Shown here in pieces: positions 50,473 through 58,578 of a stretch of 58,578 nt of DNA. Each line of letters begins with the position of its first letter. Within the stretch, counting starts at the first letter, position 1. Below the pieces are notes generated by a model. The model did no database searches and had not been told where the DNA came from. It saw only the letters and a program-made list of their open reading frames with translations. The translations under genes and the position numbers were made by a program. The stretch comes from a virus. Its lineage: Duplodnaviria; Caudoviricetes. The DNA is taken from positions 1 to 58,578 of IMG/VR virus record IMGVR_UViG_3300026521_000072, one strand, 5' to 3'.

Positions 50473-50994
50473 TTATTTGCTTGTATCTATGTCTTCATAA
50501 CTAATAGTGTAGCGTTTACGCATTTCAACTCTACTTAGTTTTGTTACTCTATCTTTTACGTGCATAGGGATTTCTACCTCTTTAAGTACGTTTAGATGAC
50601 CTACCATAACTTCAACTGGCGTGTTCAAAGGTAGGATAATCTGCCCTAGTTCAAACCATTCATTACCACAGTTTACCGTACATGTTGTAGTTTGATTGTT
50701 CTCTCTATTGTCATTATCGATAATTGTTACAACTCTAGTCTCTCTAGCACGTGCTTCAGCTTCTTTAGCTTTCTGGCCGATAGTTTTCTCACCAGATTTC
50801 TGTACTGTTACTTTATCTTTAGTCTTTTTTTCTGCTTCTACTTGTTCTACAGCATCTTCTATTTCTTTTTCAGATGTCTCTTGTTTAGCGTAGTAGCTTT
50901 CAATCTTTTCAGCTAGCTTACTCTCTCCGATATTAGGGCTAAATGTAATACCTAGCTCTGTAGCCTCTTGTTTTAGTTGGTCAAGTTTTGCCAT
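50473..50994 (-). CDS. N4 gp55-like protein
   Basis: LKQEATELGITFSPNIGESKLAEKI, directly after major capsid gene. Confidence 0.7.
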   Translation of the reverse strand: MAKLDQLKQEATELGITFSPNIGESKLAEKIESYYAKQETSEKEIEDAVEQVEAEKKTKDKVTVQKSGEKTIGQKAKEAEARARETRVVTIIDNDNRENNQTTTCTVNCGNEWFELGQIILPLNTPVEVMVGHLNVLKEVEIPMHVKDRVTKLSRVEMRKRYTISYEDIDTSK

Positions 50995-51028
50995 TCTAAT
51001 TCCTTTATGGTTTTTTAGTTTACGCTGT

Positions 51029-51036
51029 ATTATAGC
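51029..51036 (-). promoter_or_regulatory. -10 promoter element
   Basis: GCTATAAT on - strand upstream of 50994. Confidence 0.45.
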
Positions 51037-51101
51037 TAATGGAGTCTTACTATAAACTTAAGTGTTCTTTAATATAGGATTTTCTTTAGTGTGAAAGGTA
51101 G

Positions 51102-51123
51102 TATAGCACCCTTCGGTGCTATA
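51102..51123 (-). terminator. hairpin after major capsid gene
   Basis: perfect 9-bp stem TATAGCACC/GGTGCTATA with 4-nt loop; weak U tract. Confidence 0.55.
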
Positions 51124-51134
51124 AGTGTGGGCTA

Positions 51135-52301
51135 CTATTTACTAGCAGCAACATTGATACAAAGTAGTTTTTCTGGTTCAAGAATAATACCAGCATACCA
51201 CATATTGTATGAGAAGAAACCAGTAGTACCGTAAGGGTTAGCATTCTCTACGTCAGCAGGTGATTTACTGTTAAATTTAATTTTACCTTTACCTTTAAGA
51301 CCAACAGTTGCAAACGCACCTTCAGTTGGGAATAGGATAGGGAATACATCAAATTTACTACCGTCGTTTTGTAGAACACCAGCGTAATCTGAAGGTACAT
51401 CTGCACCAGCACCACGATAAACTACAGCACCCTCCGCTTCGATGAAACGAACTTCATGCATCGCACCAACTTCACCTTCAGCAATGTTAGTAGCAGAACC
51501 GTATTTTTCGACTGGACGATATACGAACTCTTTCTCGTAACCAGAACCACGAGTAAGGTTTTCTAAGTCAGACTTAACATCAGCACCGATAATTGCATAG
51601 TATGCTTTAGCTACCGGAGTAGTTCCGATTTTAGTTGAACCAGATACTAATTGAGTGTTTTTCTTAGCACGGTTACGTACAAGTTTACGAACACCTTTAC
51701 GAACTAAATCGTAACTTACTTTCCAGATATCGTCTTCTGAACCATCAGCAGCAATACCATCACAAACTGTAGCTTTACTAGTAGCTGTACCAGAATACAT
51801 TACAGTAGATGTACCAAGCATATCTAACTGAATTAAATCTTCAACTCTTGAGTTAGCTAGTTCACCAAGCTCTTCACGATATTTAGTTTGAATGTAATCT
51901 TCTGAGAACAACTCTACTTCATCAGTATAGTCAATCATCTCACCATAACGTGCAAGTGAAGTTTCCATTGTAACTTTTTGTAGTGAGCGCTTATTAACAG
52001 CACCAGCACCTTCAGCTAATGAAGCATTAGTTAATGCAGCAGAAACAGCAGCAGCATCACGAGCAGTTAAGTAACCTTTTGTCGCAAACTCAGTGTCAGA
52101 CAGGTCTCTATCATACATATGCATGAACTTACTGATTTTAAACGTTTTACCCATTTTAGTAGGCATAGTCTTACGGTCAGCAAACTGTCCGTACACATTT
52201 ACTCTATTTGCAGCTTTAATACCAGCACGGTCATAAAAGTGTGTGATTGTGTTAGCACCCGCAGTTGAGTTTGTTCCATTACCATAAACATTTGTAGCCA
52301 T
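51135..52301 (-). CDS. major capsid protein (N4 gp56 family)
   Basis: MPTKMGKTFK, SLAEGAGAVNK, GEVG...RFI, DVFPIL...AF.TVG, NPYGTTGFFSYNMWY. Confidence 0.93.
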   Translation of the reverse strand: MATNVYGNGTNSTAGANTITHFYDRAGIKAANRVNVYGQFADRKTMPTKMGKTFKISKFMHMYDRDLSDTEFATKGYLTARDAAAVSAALTNASLAEGAGAVNKRSLQKVTMETSLARYGEMIDYTDEVELFSEDYIQTKYREELGELANSRVEDLIQLDMLGTSTVMYSGTATSKATVCDGIAADGSEDDIWKVSYDLVRKGVRKLVRNRAKKNTQLVSGSTKIGTTPVAKAYYAIIGADVKSDLENLTRGSGYEKEFVYRPVEKYGSATNIAEGEVGAMHEVRFIEAEGAVVYRGAGADVPSDYAGVLQNDGSKFDVFPILFPTEGAFATVGLKGKGKIKFNSKSPADVENANPYGTTGFFSYNMWYAGIILEPEKLLCINVAASK

Positions 52302-52333
52302 TTATTTGTCCTTTAAATATATACTAGGAAAAC

Positions 52334-53518
52334 CTAGTATTTTTCTTGAAGGCTTGCATACCACTTTTCGAAGTCTTCATCAGAATCATCTAAGTAGTCT
52401 GTCTTACCTTTAGTTGTTCCTGCACCTTTTTTAGTAGGTACAGCACGCTTACGTTTTTCGGCCTTTTGCTTTACGGTATCTCTTTTAGCAGCTTCAGCTT
52501 GAACCCTCTGCAGTTCAGCTTCTTTCGCCATTCGAGCTTCCTCAGCCTTAGCCTTAGCAGCTAGCACTTCTTGCTCAGCTTTACTCTGTTCTGCAAAATA
52601 CACTTTAGCAGCTTCCTTATAGTAATCCAGGTCAGTCTTACGACCACCATCATATACTTTTAGTTTAGCAGCGATTGGCTGTACTTTATCATACATACCA
52701 GTTTTCACATCTACATGTAGAGCTTTCACCATCTGTGGGTCTTCTGTAATCATACTCCAAGAAGCTTCATCCCAGTCGTTAGTAAGCACTCTTTGTGTTA
52801 CATTATACTCAGGGTCTACACTAATCTCTTCAATTACATCTTTAAGCGCTAAGGTCTTTTCATCACGACCATAATCCTTTGGTTCATAGTTCACGTTTTC
52901 AGTATCTAAATCGAGGGCATCAATACCTGTTCTTTTTAGTAACTCTCCAATCGCTTCCTTATCACCCTTCAGTACATCAATAGCTAGGTTTATATCATCC
53001 TGGCTAAGTTTAGCTTGTTCAATTGCATCAATAGTCTTACGCCAAGGTTTGATTTGTTGCATTTTCTTAGTATAGTCCATAGCCTGTCCAAATACTGTAG
53101 GAAACTGCGCTTTAATCTCTTCCTCTGTAAACTCGTATTCCATACCGTTTGCTTTAAACTTATGCTTTTGTACTGGTTGTGTATTAGTTTCCTTAGACTC
53201 TTCTTCAGACTTAGCTTGTTCCTCTACTTCAGAGCTGTCTTCGTCAAGTTCAGCATCTTTAGTTTCAGAGTCCTCATCTTCGTTTTCATCTAATTCATCA
53301 TCAACATCAGCATCATCATCGGATTCCTGTTCATCAGGTTGTTCCAAATCTAGTACTTCATCTTCATCATCTACGTCAGTATCTACTAACTCTTCGTCAG
53401 GCTGTTCAGCTACTGTAGGCTCATCGTCAATCTCAGAATTAACTTCATTAGCTTTAGCCTCTTTATAGGCAGCTTCTAAAGCATCATCATCCATGTCGTA
53501 AAGGTCTTCTTCAGTCAT
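52334..53518 (-). CDS. scaffold-like protein (N4 gp57-like)
   Basis: acidic N-terminus, FKANG, MDYTKKMQQIKP; directly upstream of major capsid gene. Confidence 0.8.
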   Translation of the reverse strand: MTEEDLYDMDDDALEAAYKEAKANEVNSEIDDEPTVAEQPDEELVDTDVDDEDEVLDLEQPDEQESDDDADVDDELDENEDEDSETKDAELDEDSSEVEEQAKSEEESKETNTQPVQKHKFKANGMEYEFTEEEIKAQFPTVFGQAMDYTKKMQQIKPWRKTIDAIEQAKLSQDDINLAIDVLKGDKEAIGELLKRTGIDALDLDTENVNYEPKDYGRDEKTLALKDVIEEISVDPEYNVTQRVLTNDWDEASWSMITEDPQMVKALHVDVKTGMYDKVQPIAAKLKVYDGGRKTDLDYYKEAAKVYFAEQSKAEQEVLAAKAKAEEARMAKEAELQRVQAEAAKRDTVKQKAEKRKRAVPTKKGAGTTKGKTDYLDDSDEDFEKWYASLQEKY

Positions 53519-53521
53519 TTA

Positions 53522-53854
53522 TTACTCCTCAGTCGTTTCTTCATCTTCGAAGTCTTCAACCTCAGCACCTAAACTTTTAATAGTTCCGAAGTAATCCTCT
53601 AACTGACTGATACCTACTAGTTGTTCCATCACAGTAGGACGTAACCCGTTTTGGCGTACATAGTCTGTGGCTAATAAGCTAACACCATTAACTGCTCTAT
53701 CTTTAAAGTAACCTTCTTTAATTACTCTGATGAAGTGTTCGTTCTTTTCTAACGCTTCTAGTGACTCACGCATACTAGTCCAGTATACATTTTCTACTGA
53801 CTCAATAGAAGCTCCGTCTGCTTCTTCAATACTTTTTACTTGGTTAATCATCAT
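53522..53854 (-). CDS. N4 gp58-like protein
   Basis: LEALEKNEHFIRVIKEGYF; synteny. Confidence 0.6.
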   Translation of the reverse strand: MMINQVKSIEEADGASIESVENVYWTSMRESLEALEKNEHFIRVIKEGYFKDRAVNGVSLLATDYVRQNGLRPTVMEQLVGISQLEDYFGTIKSLGAEVEDFEDEETTEE

Positions 53855-53910
53855 TATATGATTCCTTTGTGTTTATTTTAGCTCTGACGTGTTATGGTCA
53901 AATCATCGTA

Positions 53911-53936
53911 ATTATATAGTACTTAAACTTAACTTA
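53911..53936 (-). promoter_or_regulatory. promoter for capsid operon
   Basis: TTAAGTTAAGTTTAAGTACTATATAAT on - strand. Confidence 0.5.
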
Positions 53937-53939
53937 ACC

Positions 53940-54209
53940 TTATTGTAGGCTTAATTCAGCTAATCCTGCGTTCTGGTTAGTACTATTTTGTTGAGTATTA
54001 ATCTGTAGCATAGCTTCGGCTTTAGCAACTACCTCTTCTGGGACACCTTGTTCAATTAACTCTTGTGCTGTCACACCTTGCTTTAGTAGTTCTACAACTT
54101 TTGCTAAAATTTCTTGCATACTCTTGTTATCTGGTCCAACAGCTTCTTGCTCTGCTATCATACCTTCCTGCCCTGCTTGTACACTCTGTTCCGCTAATCC
54201 GTAGTCCAT
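53940..54209 (-). CDS. hypothetical virion-region protein
   Basis: 89 aa, GGAG RBS. Confidence 0.6.
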   Translation of the reverse strand: MDYGLAEQSVQAGQEGMIAEQEAVGPDNKSMQEILAKVVELLKQGVTAQELIEQGVPEEVVAKAEAMLQINTQQNSTNQNAGLAELSLQ

Positions 54210-54211
54210 GT

Positions 54212-54616
54212 TTACACTCCTTGTACTGTTTGAGCAGCTAACCCGTCTCTAGGGGCAATGCTGCCATTATTGATTTTTTCTAATGTTTCTAATTTTCTCA
54301 TATTGTCAATATCCTTAGCATCTACACTATCTACACCATACAGTTCTTTCGCCTTCTGAACCTCTTCATTTGTAATATTTACACCAGGAGGTACAGTTAC
54401 ACCATCACCATAAGCATAACTTTTTTTAAGCGCAGCAGCTAACCCATCATCCACACCTAATGTATGTACATGTTCCAGCTCATTAGCACGTTCAGCTTGC
54501 TTTTGAGCTTCTAGCGTTCTTGCACCTACTTCTGCTAACTTTTGCAACTCTGCTTCTTTAGCCGCAAGGATAGCTCTTGCCTGTTCTGTTCTATCAGCTC
54601 TATCCAGTATTGTCAT
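54212..54616 (-). CDS. hypothetical virion-region protein
   Basis: 134 aa, overlaps portal stop. Confidence 0.6.
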   Translation of the reverse strand: MTILDRADRTEQARAILAAKEAELQKLAEVGARTLEAQKQAERANELEHVHTLGVDDGLAAALKKSYAYGDGVTVPPGVNITNEEVQKAKELYGVDSVDAKDIDNMRKLETLEKINNGSIAPRDGLAAQTVQGV

Positions 54617-56577
54617 TGTATTACTCCTATTTGTTTGTCTCCAGCTTGTTGTTGGTATTGCATACTAAGTAAATTTATCTTAGCTTTTAAGTCTTCCAAC
54701 TCTATTTTGTTTTGATGTTCAATATTACTGTTTTCTTTGATAAATTTCAAGTCAGTCATATCCTTATCGCTAACTAACTTATCCGCTTTTGCGTTTTCAA
54801 CTCTAGCTTTAGCATATTTAAGTTCAGCGTCTATTTTATTTTCGCCTACTTTAGCATACAAATCTTCTATCTGTGCTTGTAGTTTTGTATTCTCTAGTTG
54901 TATACGTTGCATCTCTAACTGTTTTGCTTGTTCTGCTGCAGGATCTTGTTGAGGTTTATAGTTCTCAATCTTATTTGATAGCTCAGGCATTTTATTTAAT
55001 CTAGCTATATCGGATAGAATTATTTGCATTAACTCTGTACCCATACTGTTACCTATAGTCTGTAACAAGAAACTGAGTTGTTGTGCTTTAGCGTTGTTAT
55101 CTTCTACTGTACTAATTGTAATGTCTATATCTATTCTACCCTCTAGGTCATCTCTACGAATAGGTACAAACTTTTTATTAGTCACTCTTACTACTTCTTC
55201 CTCTTCAAGGAACTCAGCATTATAAGCCATCCATTTACGCATTAGTGGTTTCATTAAGTTTTCAGCTAAGTTTCTTACTAAGTTTAACTTACGCATTCCG
55301 GTAGCGTCCATAGCAGCTCTTGCACCAGTAGCTGTACTACCCATACTGCCTGAACTAATCCCTCCACTGAAACTTTTAACCCCTGTCTGACTCTCTATAT
55401 CATTATTCATCAGTTCTAACATATTAAATGCACTGCTAGGGATTTGGTTATAACTGCCTTGCCAGAAATCTGTAGGACTGCCGTTAAACTCAAAGTTTTT
55501 ACCAGCTAGAAATTTCTTTCTATCTGCAACACTTAACGCCCCTTTACGAGTACCTACTTGTCCATTATTAGACCTAGCCATATTATCTATCAAGCCACGA
55601 GTAATAGCTGTTTTAATTTTTTGGTTATCTCCAATATTTTCAGCTAAAGCTTCACCCTCTAGTTGAAAAGGGATAGGAGTAAACGGCACTACTAGAAATG
55701 GAGGTTTTTTATCTGGGTATGGATTATCTTCTAATCTGATAATAATGTTATCACCAGTCCATACACACACGATAGGCTCTGCAATACCATCATCATTGAT
55801 ATCATAATTTCCCCAATACTCATATACAATTATCTTTTTTCTAGCGGCGTCACTAAACTTAAAGTAAGTATCATCTTCCGGTCTATAGTCGTAATCGTCT
55901 TCCATAAGCTTTTTAGCTACTTGTTTGAGGTTTTTGTACCTACCGTCTTTACGTAATGTACTTAAATCTGTTTCATATCTATAGATAACAAACTGGGCTT
56001 TATCTAGGTCACCCATACATGTAGGGTCTACGTATATGTCCTCTCCCCTACATACATGTGCTGTAGGTTTATTTACAAGTACTTTTACACTTTCAACTTC
56101 AGTTACTGTTATATACTGTTCACCAGTAATTTCATCTATCTCGACAGTCTCTACCTCTTCAGTTACAACTTTATCTTCATAATCCCAACCAGTCTGTACT
56201 ACACAAGTACCCTCTGTAGCCAGTACTCTTGCTGCTCTATTAATAAAGTTATACCTGTCAAATTTTCTAGTAAACTGTGTATTTAGTAATAACTCATTTT
56301 GTCTAGCAGCTTCTACATCTTCAAATGTGATAGGATTACATTTTATCACATCCGGAGTACTTAGGAATGGGTCTGTCATACCTGGTATTAACCACTCAAG
56401 CTGTCTCTTTATGTCTTTACTGACTATACGAGATCTACCTTTCTCCTCATTACCGTACGGATGTCCGTAGGTTTCAGCTACCCATTGGTCTCTTTTAGCA
56501 ACCCAGTCTTTCTGGTGTACTTCAGCAGCTTTCTTATCTGATAGTAAATCATCTAGTAATTTTTGTTTGTTTATCAT
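54613..56577 (-). CDS. portal protein (N4 gp59-like)
   Basis: GRSRIVSKDIKRQLEW, ARQNELLLNTQF, YEYWG, PYPDKKPPF, TGVKSFSGG. Confidence 0.9.
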   Translation of the reverse strand: MINKQKLLDDLLSDKKAAEVHQKDWVAKRDQWVAETYGHPYGNEEKGRSRIVSKDIKRQLEWLIPGMTDPFLSTPDVIKCNPITFEDVEAARQNELLLNTQFTRKFDRYNFINRAARVLATEGTCVVQTGWDYEDKVVTEEVETVEIDEITGEQYITVTEVESVKVLVNKPTAHVCRGEDIYVDPTCMGDLDKAQFVIYRYETDLSTLRKDGRYKNLKQVAKKLMEDDYDYRPEDDTYFKFSDAARKKIIVYEYWGNYDINDDGIAEPIVCVWTGDNIIIRLEDNPYPDKKPPFLVVPFTPIPFQLEGEALAENIGDNQKIKTAITRGLIDNMARSNNGQVGTRKGALSVADRKKFLAGKNFEFNGSPTDFWQGSYNQIPSSAFNMLELMNNDIESQTGVKSFSGGISSGSMGSTATGARAAMDATGMRKLNLVRNLAENLMKPLMRKWMAYNAEFLEEEEVVRVTNKKFVPIRRDDLEGRIDIDITISTVEDNNAKAQQLSFLLQTIGNSMGTELMQIILSDIARLNKMPELSNKIENYKPQQDPAAEQAKQLEMQRIQLENTKLQAQIEDLYAKVGENKIDAELKYAKARVENAKADKLVSDKDMTDLKFIKENSNIEHQNKIELEDLKAKINLLSMQYQQQAGDKQIGVIQ

Positions 56578-56609
56578 AGCTGGGTATACTCCATATTTTA
56601 TTATTCGTT

Positions 56610-56618
56610 ATTATACCA
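56610..56618 (-). promoter_or_regulatory. extended -10 promoter for portal
   Basis: TGGTATAAT on - strand, preceded by TAAGT. Confidence 0.6.
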
Positions 56619-56627
56619 TAGTTTTAC

Positions 56628-57803
56628 TTAGTTACTCTCTACCATACTGATAGGTACAATTGCTCTATTCACTTCTCCGTACTTTTCATGATAAGTAATA
56701 GCTACTGTTTGTTTATTGCCTCTATAACCAGCTCCTTGCGCCCAAGCATCATTTCTAGTATTGTTACGAAAACTTTCTACTCTTGCTATAGGATTATCTA
56801 TAACGCTATCTTTGTGTACATGTCCAGTAAGCCAGTATCGGTAACTAGTTTTACTGATATCTTTTTTTCTATCGTACACCATAACTTCTGGTAGTTTAGC
56901 CATAGGAGTCGTATGTCCGTGATGAAACCCTAATAAAGTCTCTCCGAATCTAAGATATTTATGTAAGGCTACATTTTCGTCTACTGCAAATCTTGGCTCA
57001 TTTCTGTAGTACGCTTTCAGCATAGCTACTATATAATGACACACTAAATCACTATGATTTCCTGCAACTGTGACATACTTAACCGTCTTATGTTTACGTA
57101 GTAGGCTATCAATCATCTTGATTTTCATATCAACTAACATCTCAAATATCCTAGCATGTCTGGTATCTACGTCTAACTCATGCCCACTCTTAGTTCTATT
57201 TGCATCTGTACTAGAGTGTAAAGTATCTCCTAAGTCAACCAGTACACCAGTTTCGGCAATAGGAGTAGTAGCTAGTAGTATATTATTAGCTTTTATAGTA
57301 TTATTATATACTATTTCAGCGTTAACATTATTACCTGTTTCCTTATCCCAGGAGTACTGCCCTAGGTGTAAATCAGTATTCACGTACACAACCATTAAAG
57401 AAGTTTCAGCAATTACAGGAGGTGTAGCAGCTTCACACCCAATGACAACACTAGCTAACTTTTCTGTGTATCTCTTAATACTTTCTAGCTCATTATTCTC
57501 AACTTTAGTTTTTACCCATTGCATTACTTCAATTTTGTTACCAGTCTCTTCATCAACTTTATATAACGTACTCGTAGCTTTTAGCTCTTGACCGTCTGCA
57601 ATTCTGGTATCCAGTTCGTCTTTCATAGCCAGTTTTTTAGCTCTTCTTAATGTACTTTGTAGTGTACGTTTATTTATACCTAATGCTGCAGCAGTGTCTT
57701 TTATAGTGCCAAGTTTCTTCAGCAACTCTAAACACTCCCGTTGCCTAACACTAATAACAGTGCTAGCTAATAGGTTTTCTATATCATATTCATGTGATGC
57801 CAA
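56628..57803 (-). CDS. HTH + calcineurin-like metallophosphoesterase
   Basis: IKDTAAALGINKRTL; DLHLG, DLGD, GNH, HHGH, GHVH. Confidence 0.85.
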   Translation of the reverse strand: MASHEYDIENLLASTVISVRQRECLELLKKLGTIKDTAAALGINKRTLQSTLRRAKKLAMKDELDTRIADGQELKATSTLYKVDEETGNKIEVMQWVKTKVENNELESIKRYTEKLASVVIGCEAATPPVIAETSLMVVYVNTDLHLGQYSWDKETGNNVNAEIVYNNTIKANNILLATTPIAETGVLVDLGDTLHSSTDANRTKSGHELDVDTRHARIFEMLVDMKIKMIDSLLRKHKTVKYVTVAGNHSDLVCHYIVAMLKAYYRNEPRFAVDENVALHKYLRFGETLLGFHHGHTTPMAKLPEVMVYDRKKDISKTSYRYWLTGHVHKDSVIDNPIARVESFRNNTRNDAWAQGAGYRGNKQTVAITYHEKYGEVNRAIVPISMVESN

Positions 57804-57812
57804 ATTAAACCT

Positions 57813-58247
57813 TTAGTGTTTTTTAATTCCGTAAGTCCAACTTCTAAAATCACCAGAAGTTCCACGTTTAGTATCAATATGTAATCTGGTATCAGTTCCT
57901 GCACCAACCCATTTACTACCTTGCCCAAAACCTGTAAACCCTGCTTGAATTGCACAAGAAAGAAATTTGAAATAGTCTTCTTTAGTTTTAAATGTTTTAT
58001 TTTTAACATCAACTCCAGAAGCACCATCTCCTTTATCTATGTGAGCGCTAGTTTCTTTTCTACCAACTTTGTTTATGCTGTAGTCTTTACACGTTCCACC
58101 TTGCTCAACAAAAACAGGTTTCCCATAAAGATCTCTTGTTTTATCTAGTTTATTTACAGTATCTTGAGAAAGTGTAGCTCCACATCCACATGGACAAGTT
58201 AATACACCTCCTTTAGCTAACTCATTTTTAAAATATTTTGTTTCCAT
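57813..58247 (-). CDS. peptidase M15-family endolysin
   Basis: CPCGCG, SAH...VD, LHIDT. Confidence 0.8.
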   Translation of the reverse strand: METKYFKNELAKGGVLTCPCGCGATLSQDTVNKLDKTRDLYGKPVFVEQGGTCKDYSINKVGRKETSAHIDKGDGASGVDVKNKTFKTKEDYFKFLSCAIQAGFTGFGQGSKWVGAGTDTRLHIDTKRGTSGDFRSWTYGIKKH

Positions 58248-58486
58248 TATTTACATACCTCTTCATTATGTTTCATTTCGACTATACATTCCATCATCGC
58301 ACTAACAACACCGGTATATGTAGTTCTATTAAAGTCGCACTCTGTTTCAGGTACAACACACTTTACAGGAATATATACATCTTGCGTCTTAGTTACATAC
58401 CTTATCTCTGGTTGAGTGCTACAAGCTGTTAATATTAATGTGCTTAATGATATCAAGCTGAGCTTTAATGTCTTTACACTCATCAC
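58247..58486 (-). CDS. outer-membrane lipoprotein, o-spanin-like
   Basis: signal peptide with lipobox LTAC; next to endolysin. Confidence 0.7.
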   Translation of the reverse strand: MMSVKTLKLSLISLSTLILTACSTQPEIRYVTKTQDVYIPVKCVVPETECDFNRTTYTGVVSAMMECIVEMKHNEEVCK

Positions 58487-58578
58487 TTTGTACCTCTCTT
58501 ATTTTAGTTATAGTTTTATATTTAACCTGCGGTTTCTGACTTTTCCACTTTTTAAGTTCTTTAAGTTTCAACTCATTA
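58419..58578 (-). CDS. partial i-spanin-like gene (5' end outside window)
   Basis: open frame ...KPQVKYKTITKIREVQSDECKDIK...NSL* overlapping the lipoprotein gene. Confidence 0.5.
   Translation of the reverse strand, partial: NELKLKELKKWKSQKPQVKYKTITKIREVQSDECKDIKAQLDIIKHININSL

Noticed and set aside
51102-51123. Hairpin with GAAG loop as an N4 vRNAP-type promoter
   Set aside because: Position right after the capsid gene fits a terminator or stabiliser; N4 vRNAP promoters lie in the early terminal region.
31815-58432. Many + strand ORFs antisense to late genes, and - strand ORFs in the early arm
   Set aside because: Shadow frames of well-supported genes; no RBS or motifs.
1-58578. Alternative genetic code (TAG recoding) suggested by in-frame TAG at 23119
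   Set aside because: TAG ends many intact genes (e.g. 5467, 10062, 12657, 52334) and long genes are not fragmented.

Overview
AT-rich lytic dsDNA phage genome segment related to N4-like podoviruses (Schitoviridae). Host is inferred, not proven, to be Campylobacterota-like from AAGGA ribosome-binding sites and extended -10 TGnTATAAT promoters. The + strand (1-30828) is an early/middle and replication arm: ThyX, a MoxR-type AAA ATPase interrupted by a group I intron with two homing endonucleases, VWA/metallopeptidase partner, SF1 helicase, helicase-primase fusion, a family A DNA polymerase split into exonuclease and polymerase genes, Cas4-like nuclease/Sak4/SSB, class Ia RNR and MazG-like protein. 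The - strand (31240-58578) is the late arm: spanins, M15 endolysin, portal, scaffold, N4-type major capsid, tail and ejection proteins, and a virion RNA polymerase locus split into three giant ORFs. Most striking: these three ORFs (about 4090 aa) contain only four cysteines, all within 3 residues of the ends that face each other, suggesting a head-to-tail disulfide-linked tripartite virion RNAP. Several structured non-coding elements are also present. All calls come from motif reading by eye; no searches were run.
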